This document shows, piece by piece, positions 27,458 through 41,326 of a stretch of 64,000 nt of DNA. Numbering within the stretch: position 1 is the stretch's first letter; every line of letters begins with the position of its first letter. Made by a program: the position numbers and the translations under genes. This DNA comes from Octopus vulgaris (lineage: Eukaryota), in assembly GCA_951406725.2 (NCBI GenBank), contig OX597838.1, positions 18,786,001-18,850,000 on the forward strand. Direction: 5' to 3'. The notes below the pieces were generated by a model. The model was given only the letters and a program-made list of their open reading frames with translations. It was not told the DNA's origin and did no database searches.

Positions 27458-28974
27458 CCTCCTGAGAATGAATATTGATGCAAACATGTATGCATACTTT
27501 CTTCCATGCTTAAATTAATACTACAAAAAAAGGTTGCGATACGACCGTAAATCACGTGGTTATATACATGTAGATTCACCCCCTCATACTTCCTGACATC
27601 ATATAAAAATATTCTCCTCATGAAATAATTTCACCGACTGGGTTTTCTGGATTTTCAGTTACATGTACACTTTACATTACATTTCTTTGTAATTGATTAG
27701 CATGTAAACTGATAACCGAATCCGTAATAGGAGCTTTATGTGATAACAGCATGATTTTCTAAATCCACATCTTATCCTACTCATGTGTGTATTGATACAC
27801 ACACGCCCACATACACTCACACACATACAGGTACACACATACACTCACATACACACACACAGTTGTCTGAGGATGTTTCATTAGTCAGAAAAGAGGCCAC
27901 ACTTATGTATCAGGTAATAGAGTGGATAAATTCTTTACACACTATTATAAGTTTAGTTCGATAACTGCCACAAATACCGGACAGTTTCGAAAATAATTAA
28001 TAATTAATCTTCTCTGCAATAGAAGAATTATTACATACTCATTGGACATAGCCAATTGGAAATATACGGCTTTAGGACTTTTGTACCGGAGGTTTACATA
28101 GAAAACGTCTGACCGACATGCTACAGAAACTTTGGTCTATGTAGCATATCTTTGGTCTCTACATAGGGAAATGAAACGAACAACCAAAAGAAAAACAAAG
28201 GCATAGCATTTAAGGTTGGGTGTAGCCATAATAGAGAATTTATCCTTTATTCTGCTACGTCATATTCCTCCCTGTGAGGTGGATTAAAGTGGAAACTGTT
28301 TCGCATGTATTTCTGTGTGTGAACTAGCTTGTGCAAGGTGTAATATGTATAGATGCGTGTATGCCATCCCCGTCGCTAAGGGGGTGCATTGGAAGGCACT
28401 GGCCCCTCACTATTCAATAGTGAAACCTCAGATTTACAATGATACCCCTATTTCGAAACTCCACTTGAGCATTGTTACAAATTAGTGGCCCCTGCCCCGA
28501 ATATATCCTGGAGCACTCCCAGACATCAAAGTGTGACGATGGTTTTGGTGTAGGTGTTGGGTATGGGATGAATACTGCATATGGCAAATAGAAATCAAGA
28601 CGGCGAAAGGAGAAGAGAAAGAAAAGGATGAAAGGAGAGAAATGGAAGGAAGGTGACGAGACGAATAGAGGAACAGGCGTATAAGGAGAAAGGGGTCACG
28701 GGCTATGGTATGATGAGGTTGAAGGAGAGAAAAGAGAGAGACCGTGAGTGTGAAAAGGCATAAAAATACTCAAAAAATTGGGGAAAACACCAACGCATAC
28801 TGCTAGGTTGGACTCAACCAGTTAGTCAAAACATACTTTCGTTCATAAGGGCAAGCGGGAAAATTCTTGCATCTGGAGTTCAGGAAGCATCCCCAGGGGA
28901 CGCGAATTCTTCAGAGATTCTTCCCTATCTACTGTTTTTAAGGTGTAGTCTGCTCTTTTATATATATACACACA

Positions 28975-29049
<75 letters not shown>

Positions 29050-29068
29050 GTATGTATATATGTGTATG

Positions 29069-29125
<57 letters not shown>

Positions 29126-29145
29126 ATATGTGTATGTATATATAT

Positions 29146-29194
<49 letters not shown>

Positions 29195-29240
29195 TGTACA
29201 TATATATATATATATATATGTGTATGTATATATATATGTG

Positions 29241-29296
<56 letters not shown>

Positions 29297-29299
<3 letters not shown>

Positions 29300-29519
29300 G
29301 ACGGGATTCTTTCAATTTCCGTCTAAGAAATCCACTCACAAAGCCTTAATCGTCACGGAGCAATTGTAGGAGGCGCCACCACGCAATGGGGACTGAACGC
29401 GGGACCCTGTGTCTGGGAAGAAAACTTCTTAACATAGAGCGACGCCAGCGGCCATTTATGTTTACACACATAGACACGCAAATATATAAATAAAATTGTA
29501 AGCTAACGTGCGTGTGTGT

Positions 29520-29588
<69 letters not shown>

Positions 29589-29662
29589 CGTTCGTGTGCG
29601 TGAGTGTGTGACAGGAAAGTTTTTTAGGACGAATATAAGACCTATATCGGCGATGTGTCGCT

Positions 29663-29729
<67 letters not shown>

Positions 29730-29734
29730 GTATG

Positions 29735-29817
<83 letters not shown>

Positions 29818-29818
29818 G

Positions 29819-29859
<41 letters not shown>

Positions 29860-30022
29860 GACGGGATTCTTTCAATTTATGTCTAACAAATCCACTCACA
29901 AAGCTTTAATCGTCACGGAGCTATTTGTAGGAGGCGCCACCACGCAATGGGGACTGAACGCGGGACCCTGTGTCTGGGAAGAAAACTTCTTAACATAGAG
30001 CGACGCCAGCGGCCATTTATGT
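29297..30022. repeat. Local duplication of an old SINE-A fragment (period 560 bp)
   Basis: 29297-29461 and 29857-30022 share the same divergent variants with only a few differences. Confidence 0.85.
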
Positions 30023-30339
30023 TAGCCTTTCTTCTTCTGCAAACGTGCGCGCCTTGCTAACGTCGTGACGTTGCGTCTCGGCAGGTTTTTGTTGTTCTTG
30101 TTGGGTTTTACAGTTGTTTACTGCAACCGAAGACTCTTAGACTTGGCTGGTTGTTATTTTTCAAGCCACCAATACAAAAGCGAGAGCTCTGTGCTTCCGA
30201 TCGGCCGTCTCTAGTAAGTAGTAGCTTTCGTTTGTTCTTCTATAGAGCGGATTAATATTTGACAAAACAGTCCGTCTGGTAACTTTGGCTGTTCAGGAGC
30301 TAAATTTATAACATTGTATAAATATACATCCACACACAA

Positions 30340-30380
30340 ACACATACATACATACATACATACATACATACATACATACA

Positions 30381-30414
<34 letters not shown>

Positions 30415-30756
30415 CATACATACATAAATACATACATACATACATACATACATACATACATACATACATACATACATACATACATGCATAGTTACTGAGG
30501 TTAATATATAAATACAGATTATCACCAGGAGTTTAATCGGATATAATATCTATCAGTTAATAAATAGCTTTAATCAACGTCGTCGCTATTTCATTATTTA
30601 AAATAAAAGATATATTATTATCTATTTATTTTATACATACATACATACATACATACATACATACATACATACATACATACATACATACATACATACATAC
30701 ATACATACATACATACATAATACATACATACATACATACATACATACATACATACA

Positions 30757-30788
<32 letters not shown>

Positions 30789-31050
30789 CATACATACATG
30801 CATGCATACATACATACATATATACATACATACATAAATACATACATACATACATACATACATACATACATACATACATACATACATACATACATACATA
30901 CATGCATAGTTACTGAGGTTAATATATAAATACAGATTATCACCAGGAGTTTAATCGGATATAATATCTATCAGTTAATAAATAGCTTTAATCAACGTCG
31001 TCGCTATTTCATTATTTAAAATAAAAGATATATTATTATCTATTTATTTT
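30340..31050. repeat. Tandem duplication (period about 418 bp) of (CATA)n plus about 145 bp of unique sequence
   Basis: 30487-30632 is identical by eye to 30905-31050. Confidence 0.85.
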
Positions 31051-31065
31051 TCCGTTACGTTCTGA

Positions 31066-31121
<56 letters not shown>

Positions 31122-31258
31122 ATGGTTTTGTTTTTATTGCGTGCTTTCCACTACCCAACAGAGTACAGCTTTATGCGTCTTGGACATTGTGCAGTGTTTT
31201 GTATTGGTTTTTGTTGTTCAATTAAACGTACTGAACATACTATCTCTGTAGTTACCCC

Positions 31259-31780
31259 AAGGCCGCGAGCTGGCAGAAACGTTAGCACGCCGGGCGAAAT
31301 GCTTAGCGGTATTTCGTCTGCCGTTACGTTCTGAGTTCAAATTCCGCCGAGGTCGACTTTGCCTTTCATCCTTTCGGGGTCGATAAATTAAGTACCAGTT
31401 ACGCACGGGAGTCAATGTAATCGACTTAATCCCTTTGTCTGTCCTTGTTTGTCCCCTCTGTGTGTAGCCCCTTGTGGGTAGTAAAGAAATAGGTATTTCG
31501 TCTGCCGCAACGTTTTGAGTTCAAATTCCGCCGAGGTCGACTTTGCCTTTCATCATTTCGGGGTCGATAAATTAAGTACCACTGAGGACGCTGTAATCGA
31601 CTTAATCCGTTTGTCTGTCCTTGTTTGTCCCCTCTGTGTTTAGCCCCTTATGGGCAATAAAGAAATAAGAAAAGGTAAGCACGCCGGGTGAAACGCTTAG
31701 AGCAGGCACATGGTGCCTGAGACATGGCTCACCAATAGGTGAGCCGCACTACTAAAAAATATCAAGGTAATCTTTCGTTA
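31259..31780 (+). mobile_element. SINE family B array with a twin-hairpin insert
   Basis: Matches the consensus; insert at about 31699-31772. Confidence 0.85.
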
Positions 31781-32018
31781 AGAGTGCCATCCAGAAGCTC
31801 TTGACGGCGGCATGCGACTCGCCAGTCGCTGGTTGCCTATGATTGCTTCGGAGAGAGAGAGAGAGCGACAGACAGACAGACAGACAGACAGATAGAGAAA
31901 GATACAATCAGTATTTGTTTGTCCTGGATAATTCAAAGAGTAGGTTTAATAACTGGTATATTCATCGTTGAAAGCAGTTGAGACCAGTATATTTGTTTGT
32001 GTATGAGTGTGTGTGTGT

Positions 32019-32060
<42 letters not shown>

Positions 32061-32337
32061 ATGTGTGTGTGCAATGATAGAAAGAGAAAGAAAGAAAATG
32101 ATAGATTTATATATATATATATATATTTGTGTGTGTATATATATATATATATATATAATAATAAATATTAGGGAATAAATCCAAATTTACAGGGAAAAAT
32201 CAGATTTAGAATTGAATCCAATTTTATAGTAAAATATTATATAATATTAATTAGAGACAAAACCACTATTTTGCAAATCAAACAAAGAAAGACTTAATCA
32301 ATACATAAAAAAATTTTAATATAAAGTAAATAAATCG

Positions 32338-32381
32338 CCACTACAATTGTTTCCTGTCTTCAAATGACATTCATCAGGTGG
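32338..32381 (-). ncRNA. Mirror-copy hammerhead in the left arm of the fold-back
   Basis: Reverse complement of the 32437 motif with one extra G (GACAG-GAAAC). Confidence 0.75.
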
Positions 32382-32436
32382 ATTTCATATCTTCTATTCA
32401 ATTTTAAACTTTAAAATTGAATAGAAGATATGAAAT

Positions 32437-32479
32437 CCACCTGATGAATGTCATTTGAAGACAGAAACAATTGTAGTGG
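32437..32479 (+). ncRNA. Minimal type-I hammerhead ribozyme (canonical CUGAUGA core, extra A after A9)
   Basis: CCAC-CTGATGA-A-TGTC(atttgaa)GACA-GAAAC-AATT-GTA-GTGG. Predicted cleavage after 32475; palindromic stem III ACAATTGT. Confidence 0.85.
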
Positions 32480-32566
32480 CGATTTATTTACTTTATATTA
32501 AAATTTTTTTATGTATTGATTAAGTCTTTCCTTGTTTGATTTGCAAAATAGTGGTTTTGTCTCTAA

Positions 32567-32629
<63 letters not shown>

Positions 32630-32684
32630 GGAGTATAGCTCCTAACTTACACTGAGTTGCATATTGTGGTTTTATCTCTAATTC

Positions 32685-32786
<102 letters not shown>

Positions 32787-33045
32787 AATAGATGAGTGTA
32801 TTTTTACCTTGTTAACAATTAACCCGAAAAACATAAATAAATATTTACCAGGGCAGCAAAAATCTCACAAGTAAAGGAATTTTCGAAATGTGTCGAAAGT
32901 AAAAATATTTGATTACACCTGCGTTAACTCCATTTTTTTATTCATATATATATATATACACACACAACTTATAAACAAGGGCAAAAGAAAAAATTCCAAT
33001 ACCAAATATGCCGAAAATAGACTTAATCGTCAATAACCATATAAT

Positions 33046-33084
<39 letters not shown>

Positions 33085-33434
33085 GTATATTGTTATCCAG
33101 AAGACCCAAGGTGGCAAGTAAGACTATGGAAGGACCGTAGACAAAGGTGGCAAGTAAGTTCTATGGAAGGACCGTGGTTAAACTCTCGGTTCCATAATAA
33201 TACGAGTGAGGAGTCTAATGCTGGTCTTGTGAGAGCAAGTATATGTTAAATAAAATGAGACAACAAAGCCAAGGCTGTGTATAAATTCCTATAAATTCCA
33301 CACAGCCTTCGTTGTGTGGTCTCATTGTATTTAAGACATTATATATATATATATATATATAAATATGTATGTATATATATCTCTGTGTGTGTGCATATAT
33401 ATACTTACATATATATGTGTGTGTGTGCGTATGA

Positions 33435-33531
<97 letters not shown>

Positions 33532-34261
33532 TATATATATATGTATATATATGTATATATATGTATTTATATATATATGTGTGTGTGTGTGTAATGTGTA
33601 TATACATACACAAAAAGTACACACACACACACACTCACCACACACACACACCTAGAGTTAAGAATACTATGCATTGATTCCAGACTTCAACGGAAATCTC
33701 TGACGGGGCGGGGTAGCTAGATTAGAAAGGGTCGTTCAGTGTGATGGTGATGGGCGTGGTTGGAATGGTGATGATTGTGGTGGTGCGACGCTAAATTTAT
33801 GTAGGTAATGGTGATGATGGTGGTGGGGCAGTAGCAGTGGTGGTAGTGATGGTGGTGGTTCGGGGTGGTTGCGGGAAATGTAGGAGAGGTCACTATTCAT
33901 TATTTGTCTACGGCAGCCATTACAAGGTAGATTCTTAAGGAAACGAAAAAAATCGATAGCATAGATCTACAAAGGCGTATAGAAGAGATTGATGGAGAAA
34001 GGAAGAGAGAGAAAGAGAGAGACAGGGAGAGAGGTGGAAAAGGAGAGTCAGGTAAAGAGAGAGAGAGAGAAATCGAGAGTGAGGAAAGAGAGGAATCGGT
34101 AGGGGAAAGGTAAAAGAACTAAGATAAGGAGAGATTTCAAGATTACTGCCAAAACTCGCGAAATCGAAAACATCTCCAGTTTTCTAAGAGTGCATATGTG
34201 TATGTGTGTGTGTGTGTGTTTGTGAGCGTGCATATATATATATTCATATTTATATTTATAT

Positions 34262-34297
<36 letters not shown>

Positions 34298-34318
34298 TGT
34301 ATATATATATATATACAC

Positions 34319-34350
<32 letters not shown>

Positions 34351-34397
34351 ATATATATATATGTATATATGTATGGTTGAGTATATATATGTATATA

Positions 34398-34472
<75 letters not shown>

Positions 34473-34487
34473 GTGTATATATATATG

Positions 34488-34519
<32 letters not shown>

Positions 34520-35037
34520 GGTGTATGTATATATGTGTATATATATGTATATATATACAAACACATTTATATATATGTATATGTATACACATATATACGT
34601 CCTTGCATTTATATTCATGTGTGTATGTATGTATATACATGTGTGTGTGTTTATATATATAAATATATATTATATATGTACATATCCTGTTAAATAGACA
34701 CACACACACATATATTCATATATATATATATATATATTATATTGTATATATATTCACATATGCATATATACGCATATATTATCCCGTGATCACGTGATCG
34801 ACCATTGCTAGTCACAGTGCGCTTTGCGTGGTTTTAGCCTTCGAATAATGCCACCTTGCTGGCTAGGTGAGGAGACCAACATTCCACTCTAACCAAACGG
34901 CGGTGCTGGAGCAACATGAAATGACGTGTTTTACTCAGGAGCACAAGGCGCCGCTCAATCAAGGAATTGAACCAACGATCTGGCGATCGTGAATGCAACA
35001 GCCTAACCACTAGGCGACGTGCTTTCATACATGTATG

Positions 35038-35136
<99 letters not shown>

Positions 35137-35189
35137 ACAAATATATGTGCGTGTGTGCGTGAGTGTGTACATATATATGTGCGTGCGTG

Positions 35190-35354
35190 CGCGTATTTTC
35201 TCTCCTTGTTTCTTTCTGTGTTCCTTTCTGCGGAAGAGCGTAGGCTCGAAACGTTAAAAACTTTTTCACTTCCCGAGCGATATAACTAATACATTTGTTT
35301 GTTGTCTACACCACCTGTCTTCGTATTTTGTTGTTGTTTTTTGTGAATTCTCCC

Positions 35355-35355
<1 letters not shown>
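35190..35355 (+). mobile_element. PLE-terminus family copy with a hammerhead variant at 35224-35259
   Basis: CTTT-CTGCGGA-A-GAGC(gtag)GCTC-GAAAC-GTT-AAAA; same family as 50694, in the opposite orientation. Confidence 0.6.
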
Positions 35356-35389
<34 letters not shown>

Positions 35390-35397
35390 TTAGATAT

Positions 35398-35497
<100 letters not shown>

Positions 35498-35706
35498 CGA
35501 CAACTATTAAGCAAATGTGAACTCGTCACTAATTAGCTAATGTGCTATATTTCATTTCGTAATTCCGTGATAGTCTACATGATAACAAACAACATAACAC
35601 AATACGATTGGGAAGTCAACGTATGATATATGATCCTTAAGGCTAAACAGGGATGTACATTCATAGATGGAACAGTGAGTTATAATTCCTATTACCAAAA
35701 GAGCTG

Positions 35707-36525
<819 letters not shown>

Positions 36526-36870
36526 GAGAGCTGTATTAAAGCAAAACTAGGAGTGGTGGAATGAAACAGAATATCCATATTTAGACATAATGTATATGCA
36601 TATTTTATGGCGGCGAGTTGGCGGGGCGTGCAAAAACGATTTAGCTGTATTTCGTCTGTCTTTACGTTCTGAGTCGAAATTTCCGCCAAGGTCAAATTTA
36701 CTGTTCTTCTTTTCAAGGTCGACACAATAAGTAGCAGTTGAACACTGGGGTCGATGTAATCGACTTATCTCCCCCCCCCCGCCCTGCTTCCCCCCCCCAC
36801 TAAAATTGTTGGCCTTCAGCCTACATTTGAAAACAATATATATGCATACATATATTGATATATGTATATG

Positions 36871-36928
<58 letters not shown>

Positions 36929-36997
36929 CATAATATGTATCTACATATATATATGTATATATACAGATAGATAAATAGATAGATAGGTAGATGGATA

Positions 36998-37050
<53 letters not shown>

Positions 37051-37309
37051 TATATGTATATATATATATGTACATATATACCCATAAATGAATATTTGAG
37101 ACTCTATGAGACTATGTTTATAAGTGTATACATGTATGTATATATAGATTTGTATGTATATATATATATACATATATATATATACATACATACATACATA
37201 CATACATACATACATACATGCACACACTTTTACATAAATGCATATATGCATAAGAAAACACGTGTAGATATGTATAAGTGGTGTACATGTGTGTGAGTGT
37301 GTATGTATG

Positions 37310-37372
<63 letters not shown>

Positions 37373-38089
37373 CTATGCAAACACACAGACGCACACAAAT
37401 ACACACATGTGTGTATATATATGTTTTAAGAGTGTTTCTGTGTATTTGTATGCATGTTTTGGTGTTTATATGCATCCATATATGTAGGCATGTTTGCGCG
37501 TGGCTTGGTACTTCACAAGATAATGAATAAAATATAATGTGTCTGTGTGTATATACATGTGTGTATATACATGTGTGTATGTATATATGTGTTTGTGCCT
37601 ATGTGTGTGTGTGTCTGTGTCTGTGTGTGTGTGTGCATCTGTCACTGTGTATCTCTATATGCATTTTTACGTACGTTGGTAGGCAGATAAGAATGTCAAT
37701 ACATAGACAGGTGCCTAGCCAGGTAAATATATGATTGCGTATATAAAAATGTGTGTATTTTGTGTATGTATATGTGTGTGTATGCTACGAAGTATAATCC
37801 TATTAGCTTTTAGCGAGAGGTGACTATAGCTGTAGATCGATTAGCAAGCAGGAGGCAAGGTTTACTAAAACCTTTCGTTGTGAGTGTAATCCAAATCTAA
37901 CAGGTCTCCTAGACTTGGCGCAATCAGCGACTGGCTTTTTACCTGCAATAAATCTATTGATGTTTCTGTGTTTGCATTTGCGCGTCGTATATGTTTTATG
38001 TAGAGTGTATATGGGTGTGTTTGTGTATTCGACTGTGTTTGTGTGTGTATGTGTATGTATTATTAAACACGTAAACATATATATATATT

Positions 38090-38203
<114 letters not shown>

Positions 38204-38466
38204 CATATTCGTGACTCGGCATAAATATGTATAAATGTGTATGTATATATATTTCTAGAGGCATTCATATATTTATATACACGTTTGTCATACGTAAATA
38301 TCGATGTAGGCATTCAACACCCATGAATCTATTTTTAGCAATGAATACACTCTCCCTTGTTCACAGTTATGTGATTTTATGTCTGCACACACGCCCACAC
38401 ACACACGTACACACACACACACAAATGCACACTCACATGTGTACACACACTCACACACGACCGGTA

Positions 38467-38585
38467 AAGCTACAGGTATTTTATTTTTTCATTCTCTCTG
38501 CTTATTTTCTCATATTCCTTTCTGTTGAAGAGCGTAGACTCGAAACGTACAGTCATCGTCTTTTGTGTTTCTATAAATTTCAACA

Positions 38586-38586
<1 letters not shown>
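38467..38586 (+). mobile_element. PLE-terminus family copy with a degenerate hammerhead at 38518-38549
   Basis: CTTT-CTGTTGA-A-GAGC(gtag)ACTC-GAAAC-GTA, then a deletion; ends in (TA)n. Confidence 0.55.
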
Positions 38587-38654
<68 letters not shown>

Positions 38655-38691
38655 CACACACACGCGCGCACATATATATACACACATATAA

Positions 38692-38834
<143 letters not shown>

Positions 38835-38899
38835 TGTGTGTGTCTGTGTGTCTGTGTGTGTGTGTGTTTGTATGTGTGTATGTATGTATGTATGTCACT

Positions 38900-39440
38900 T
38901 TCTAGTGCTACTGGTAACATGTAACCCAGTACAACCTGTTGCATGGTCGGGTCGTTGGCGACTAAACCGGCAACCTCACCAAGCTTGCTTGGTGAGGGGG
39001 GTGTTTATTGGACACCCTGCGGGATGAAAAGCAAAACCCGTCAAAGGGCGGAGGAACTCTTGAGTCCACGGCCATCCAATAAATGCCTTAAGGCTGTATC
39101 ATGCGCGGGGACATAGAAATAGTCGGACTGAATACCCGATCGCGTGGTTAAACCAATGGGAGTGAAGGACTCCTAGCCTTTGTTAGGGCATCCTTCTAGG
39201 AGAAGGTAACTCAGGAAACTGGGATAACTTCGACATAAAACCTGCGGCTCTGTGGTTACCGATGATGTTGACTTGTTCTTCTTTTCGGATTATGGCTGCT
39301 GTTGCTTAGTGAGTGGGATTGACTCAGTACACAGCCTTTCCTCACTTAAAAAAATCTCCTTGCATAGGCATTGCACGATAACAACATTGATTAAGCTTCG
39401 TGCAATGGCCATACTCGATAACGAGGGGGCAGCCACCATG
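38900..39440 (+). mobile_element. Non-autonomous RTE-derived element (5' UTR-like part joined to a 3' end)
   Basis: Contains TAGGGCATCCTTCTAGGAGAAGGTAACTC, which resembles RTE 5' UTRs (recalled, not searched). No ORF. Ends TGGCCATACTC...GAG...CAGCCACCATG plus (CATA)n. Confidence 0.5.
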
Positions 39441-39470
39441 TGCATACATACATACATACATACATACATA

Positions 39471-39738
39471 CATGGTGGTTGTCTGCTCCTTTTGCAGAGT
39501 TTGACCACCTCCTTTACCTACACCTTAGCACCATTATGGCATCTGATGTGGCTTTTTAAACCAGACAATGTTCTGAAAAGACACCCACACAGACTGCTCA
39601 TCCGATTTGAACCACCAACAGCTGCAATTAAGTTCTGATCTTTGTGGGTCTTAAAATGTCTTTGGAGGCCCCCGTTAGATTTGCAGACCTTCTGGCATAC
39701 ACTGCATTCAAAGGTGCGCACAGGCCTATAAGCAGAAT
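39471..39738 (-). mobile_element. RTE-type LINE 3' end encoding C2H2 zinc fingers
   Basis: FECSVCQKVCKSNGGLQRHFKTH...CGCLFRTLSGLKSHIRCH*, then a 3' UTR of about 45 nt and a (TATG)n tail; 5'-truncated into (TATG)n. Confidence 0.7.
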
Positions 39739-39816
39739 TTATGCATACATACACACATACATACATACATACATGCATGCATACATACAAACATACATAC
39801 ATACATACAAACATAC

Positions 39817-39847
<31 letters not shown>

Positions 39848-40289
39848 CATACATACATACATACATACAAACATACATACATATATGCATACATACATAC
39901 AAACATACGTACATACATACATACTTACATATATACATACATACAAACATACATACAAACATACATACATACAAACATACATACATACATACATACATAC
40001 ATACATACATACAAACATACATACATACATACATACATGCATGCATGCATACATACATGCATATATACATACATACACACATACATACATACATACATAC
40101 ATACATACATACATACATACATACATACATACATACATACATACATACATACATACCTGTGTACGTAAACGCAAATATAAATAAATAAACACCTAACATC
40201 GTATCTCGAAGCGAAAGCAGCTATAAATAATAACATAGTTTATATAGAGTTTTTAAAATATCCTTGCACGGAAAAACAAAGCGGAGAGA

Positions 40290-40560
40290 TGCTGCAGATG
40301 TCGTACCATGCATCTTCTGTCACTATGACAAACGTCTTCCGGTTTGACAAGAGTAGCCTTCAGCCTTTCTTCCATCAACTTAGACAGATTAATCTGTCAA
40401 GTGAATGCAAACTCTCTCGCTTGTACGATTAAAGCTTCTAATTTGACGGCCGCAGGACGGAAGGTGATTTTGGTTCAGCAAGAGTTGCACGCCCCTCCTA
40501 GGTACACAAGATTCCTGTTCGACCTTCGCCTGTTAGTTTCTGCCTTCTTGTTTTTCGTTT
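40290..40560 (-). mobile_element. Highly decayed RTE-like RT fragment
   Basis: Minus-strand remnants LVYLGG...IVQAR..F...LSKL...RL..LVK resemble the post-RT region of RTE/CR1 LINEs. Confidence 0.4.
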
Positions 40561-40675
40561 TCCTTTCCTCTCTAAGGGGGGTATTCATCGTAATTAATTA
40601 TAAGCTATTCTTTATAGCACCGTTGCACCGTTAAAATAAATGGTAGATGGAAACTGTGAGGAAGCCGTTGTATAC

Positions 40676-41065
40676 TCTTTACTCTTTACTCTTTTACTCT
40701 TTTACTTGTTTCAGTCATTTGACTGCGACCATGCTGGAGCACCGCCTTTAGTCGAGCAAATCGACCCCAGGACTTATTCTTTGTAAGCCTAGTAGTTATT
40801 CTATCCGTCTCTTTTTGCCGAACCGCTAATTTATGGGGACGTAAACACACCAGCATAGGTTGTCAAGCGATGTTGGGGGGACAAACACAGACACACAAAC
40901 ATATACACACACATACATATATACGACGGGCTTCTTTGAGTTTCCGTCTACCAAATCCACTCACAAGGCTTTGGTCGTCCTGAGGCTATAGTAGAAGATA
41001 CCTACCCAAGATGGCACGCAGTGTGACTAAACCCGGGACCATGTGGTTGGTAAGCAACTACTTAC
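40676..41065 (-). mobile_element. SINE family A
   Basis: Matches the consensus; (TTTTACTC)n tail; head overwritten by a family B copy. Confidence 0.88.
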
Positions 41066-41326
41066 TCAGAACGTAGCGGCAGACGAAATGCCTATTTCTT
41101 TACTACCCACAAGGGACTACATGCAGAGAGGACAAACAAGGACAGACAAACGGATTAAGTCGATTATATCGACTCCACTGCGTAACTGGTACTTATTTAA
41201 TCGACCCCCGAAAGGATGAAAGGCAAAGTCGACCTCAGCGGAATTTGAACTCAGAACGTAGCGGTAGACGAAATACCGCTAAGCATTTCGCCCGGCGTGC
41301 TAACCATTCTGCCAGCTCGCTGCCTT
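41065..41326 (-). mobile_element. SINE family B
   Basis: Matches the consensus. Confidence 0.85.

Larger units (their letters stand above)
32239..32578. mobile_element. Penelope-derived fold-back (near-perfect palindrome, arms of about 170 bp)
   Basis: Arms are centred on C32409 with almost no spacer, each carries a hammerhead, and the element abuts (TA)n. A related fragment lies at about 52022-52090. Confidence 0.8.

Noticed and set aside
39518-39738. Host C2H2 zinc-finger gene exon
   Set aside because: No TGEKP linkers and no splice acceptor. It has a LINE-like short 3' UTR and microsatellite tail, so an RTE C-terminus fits better.
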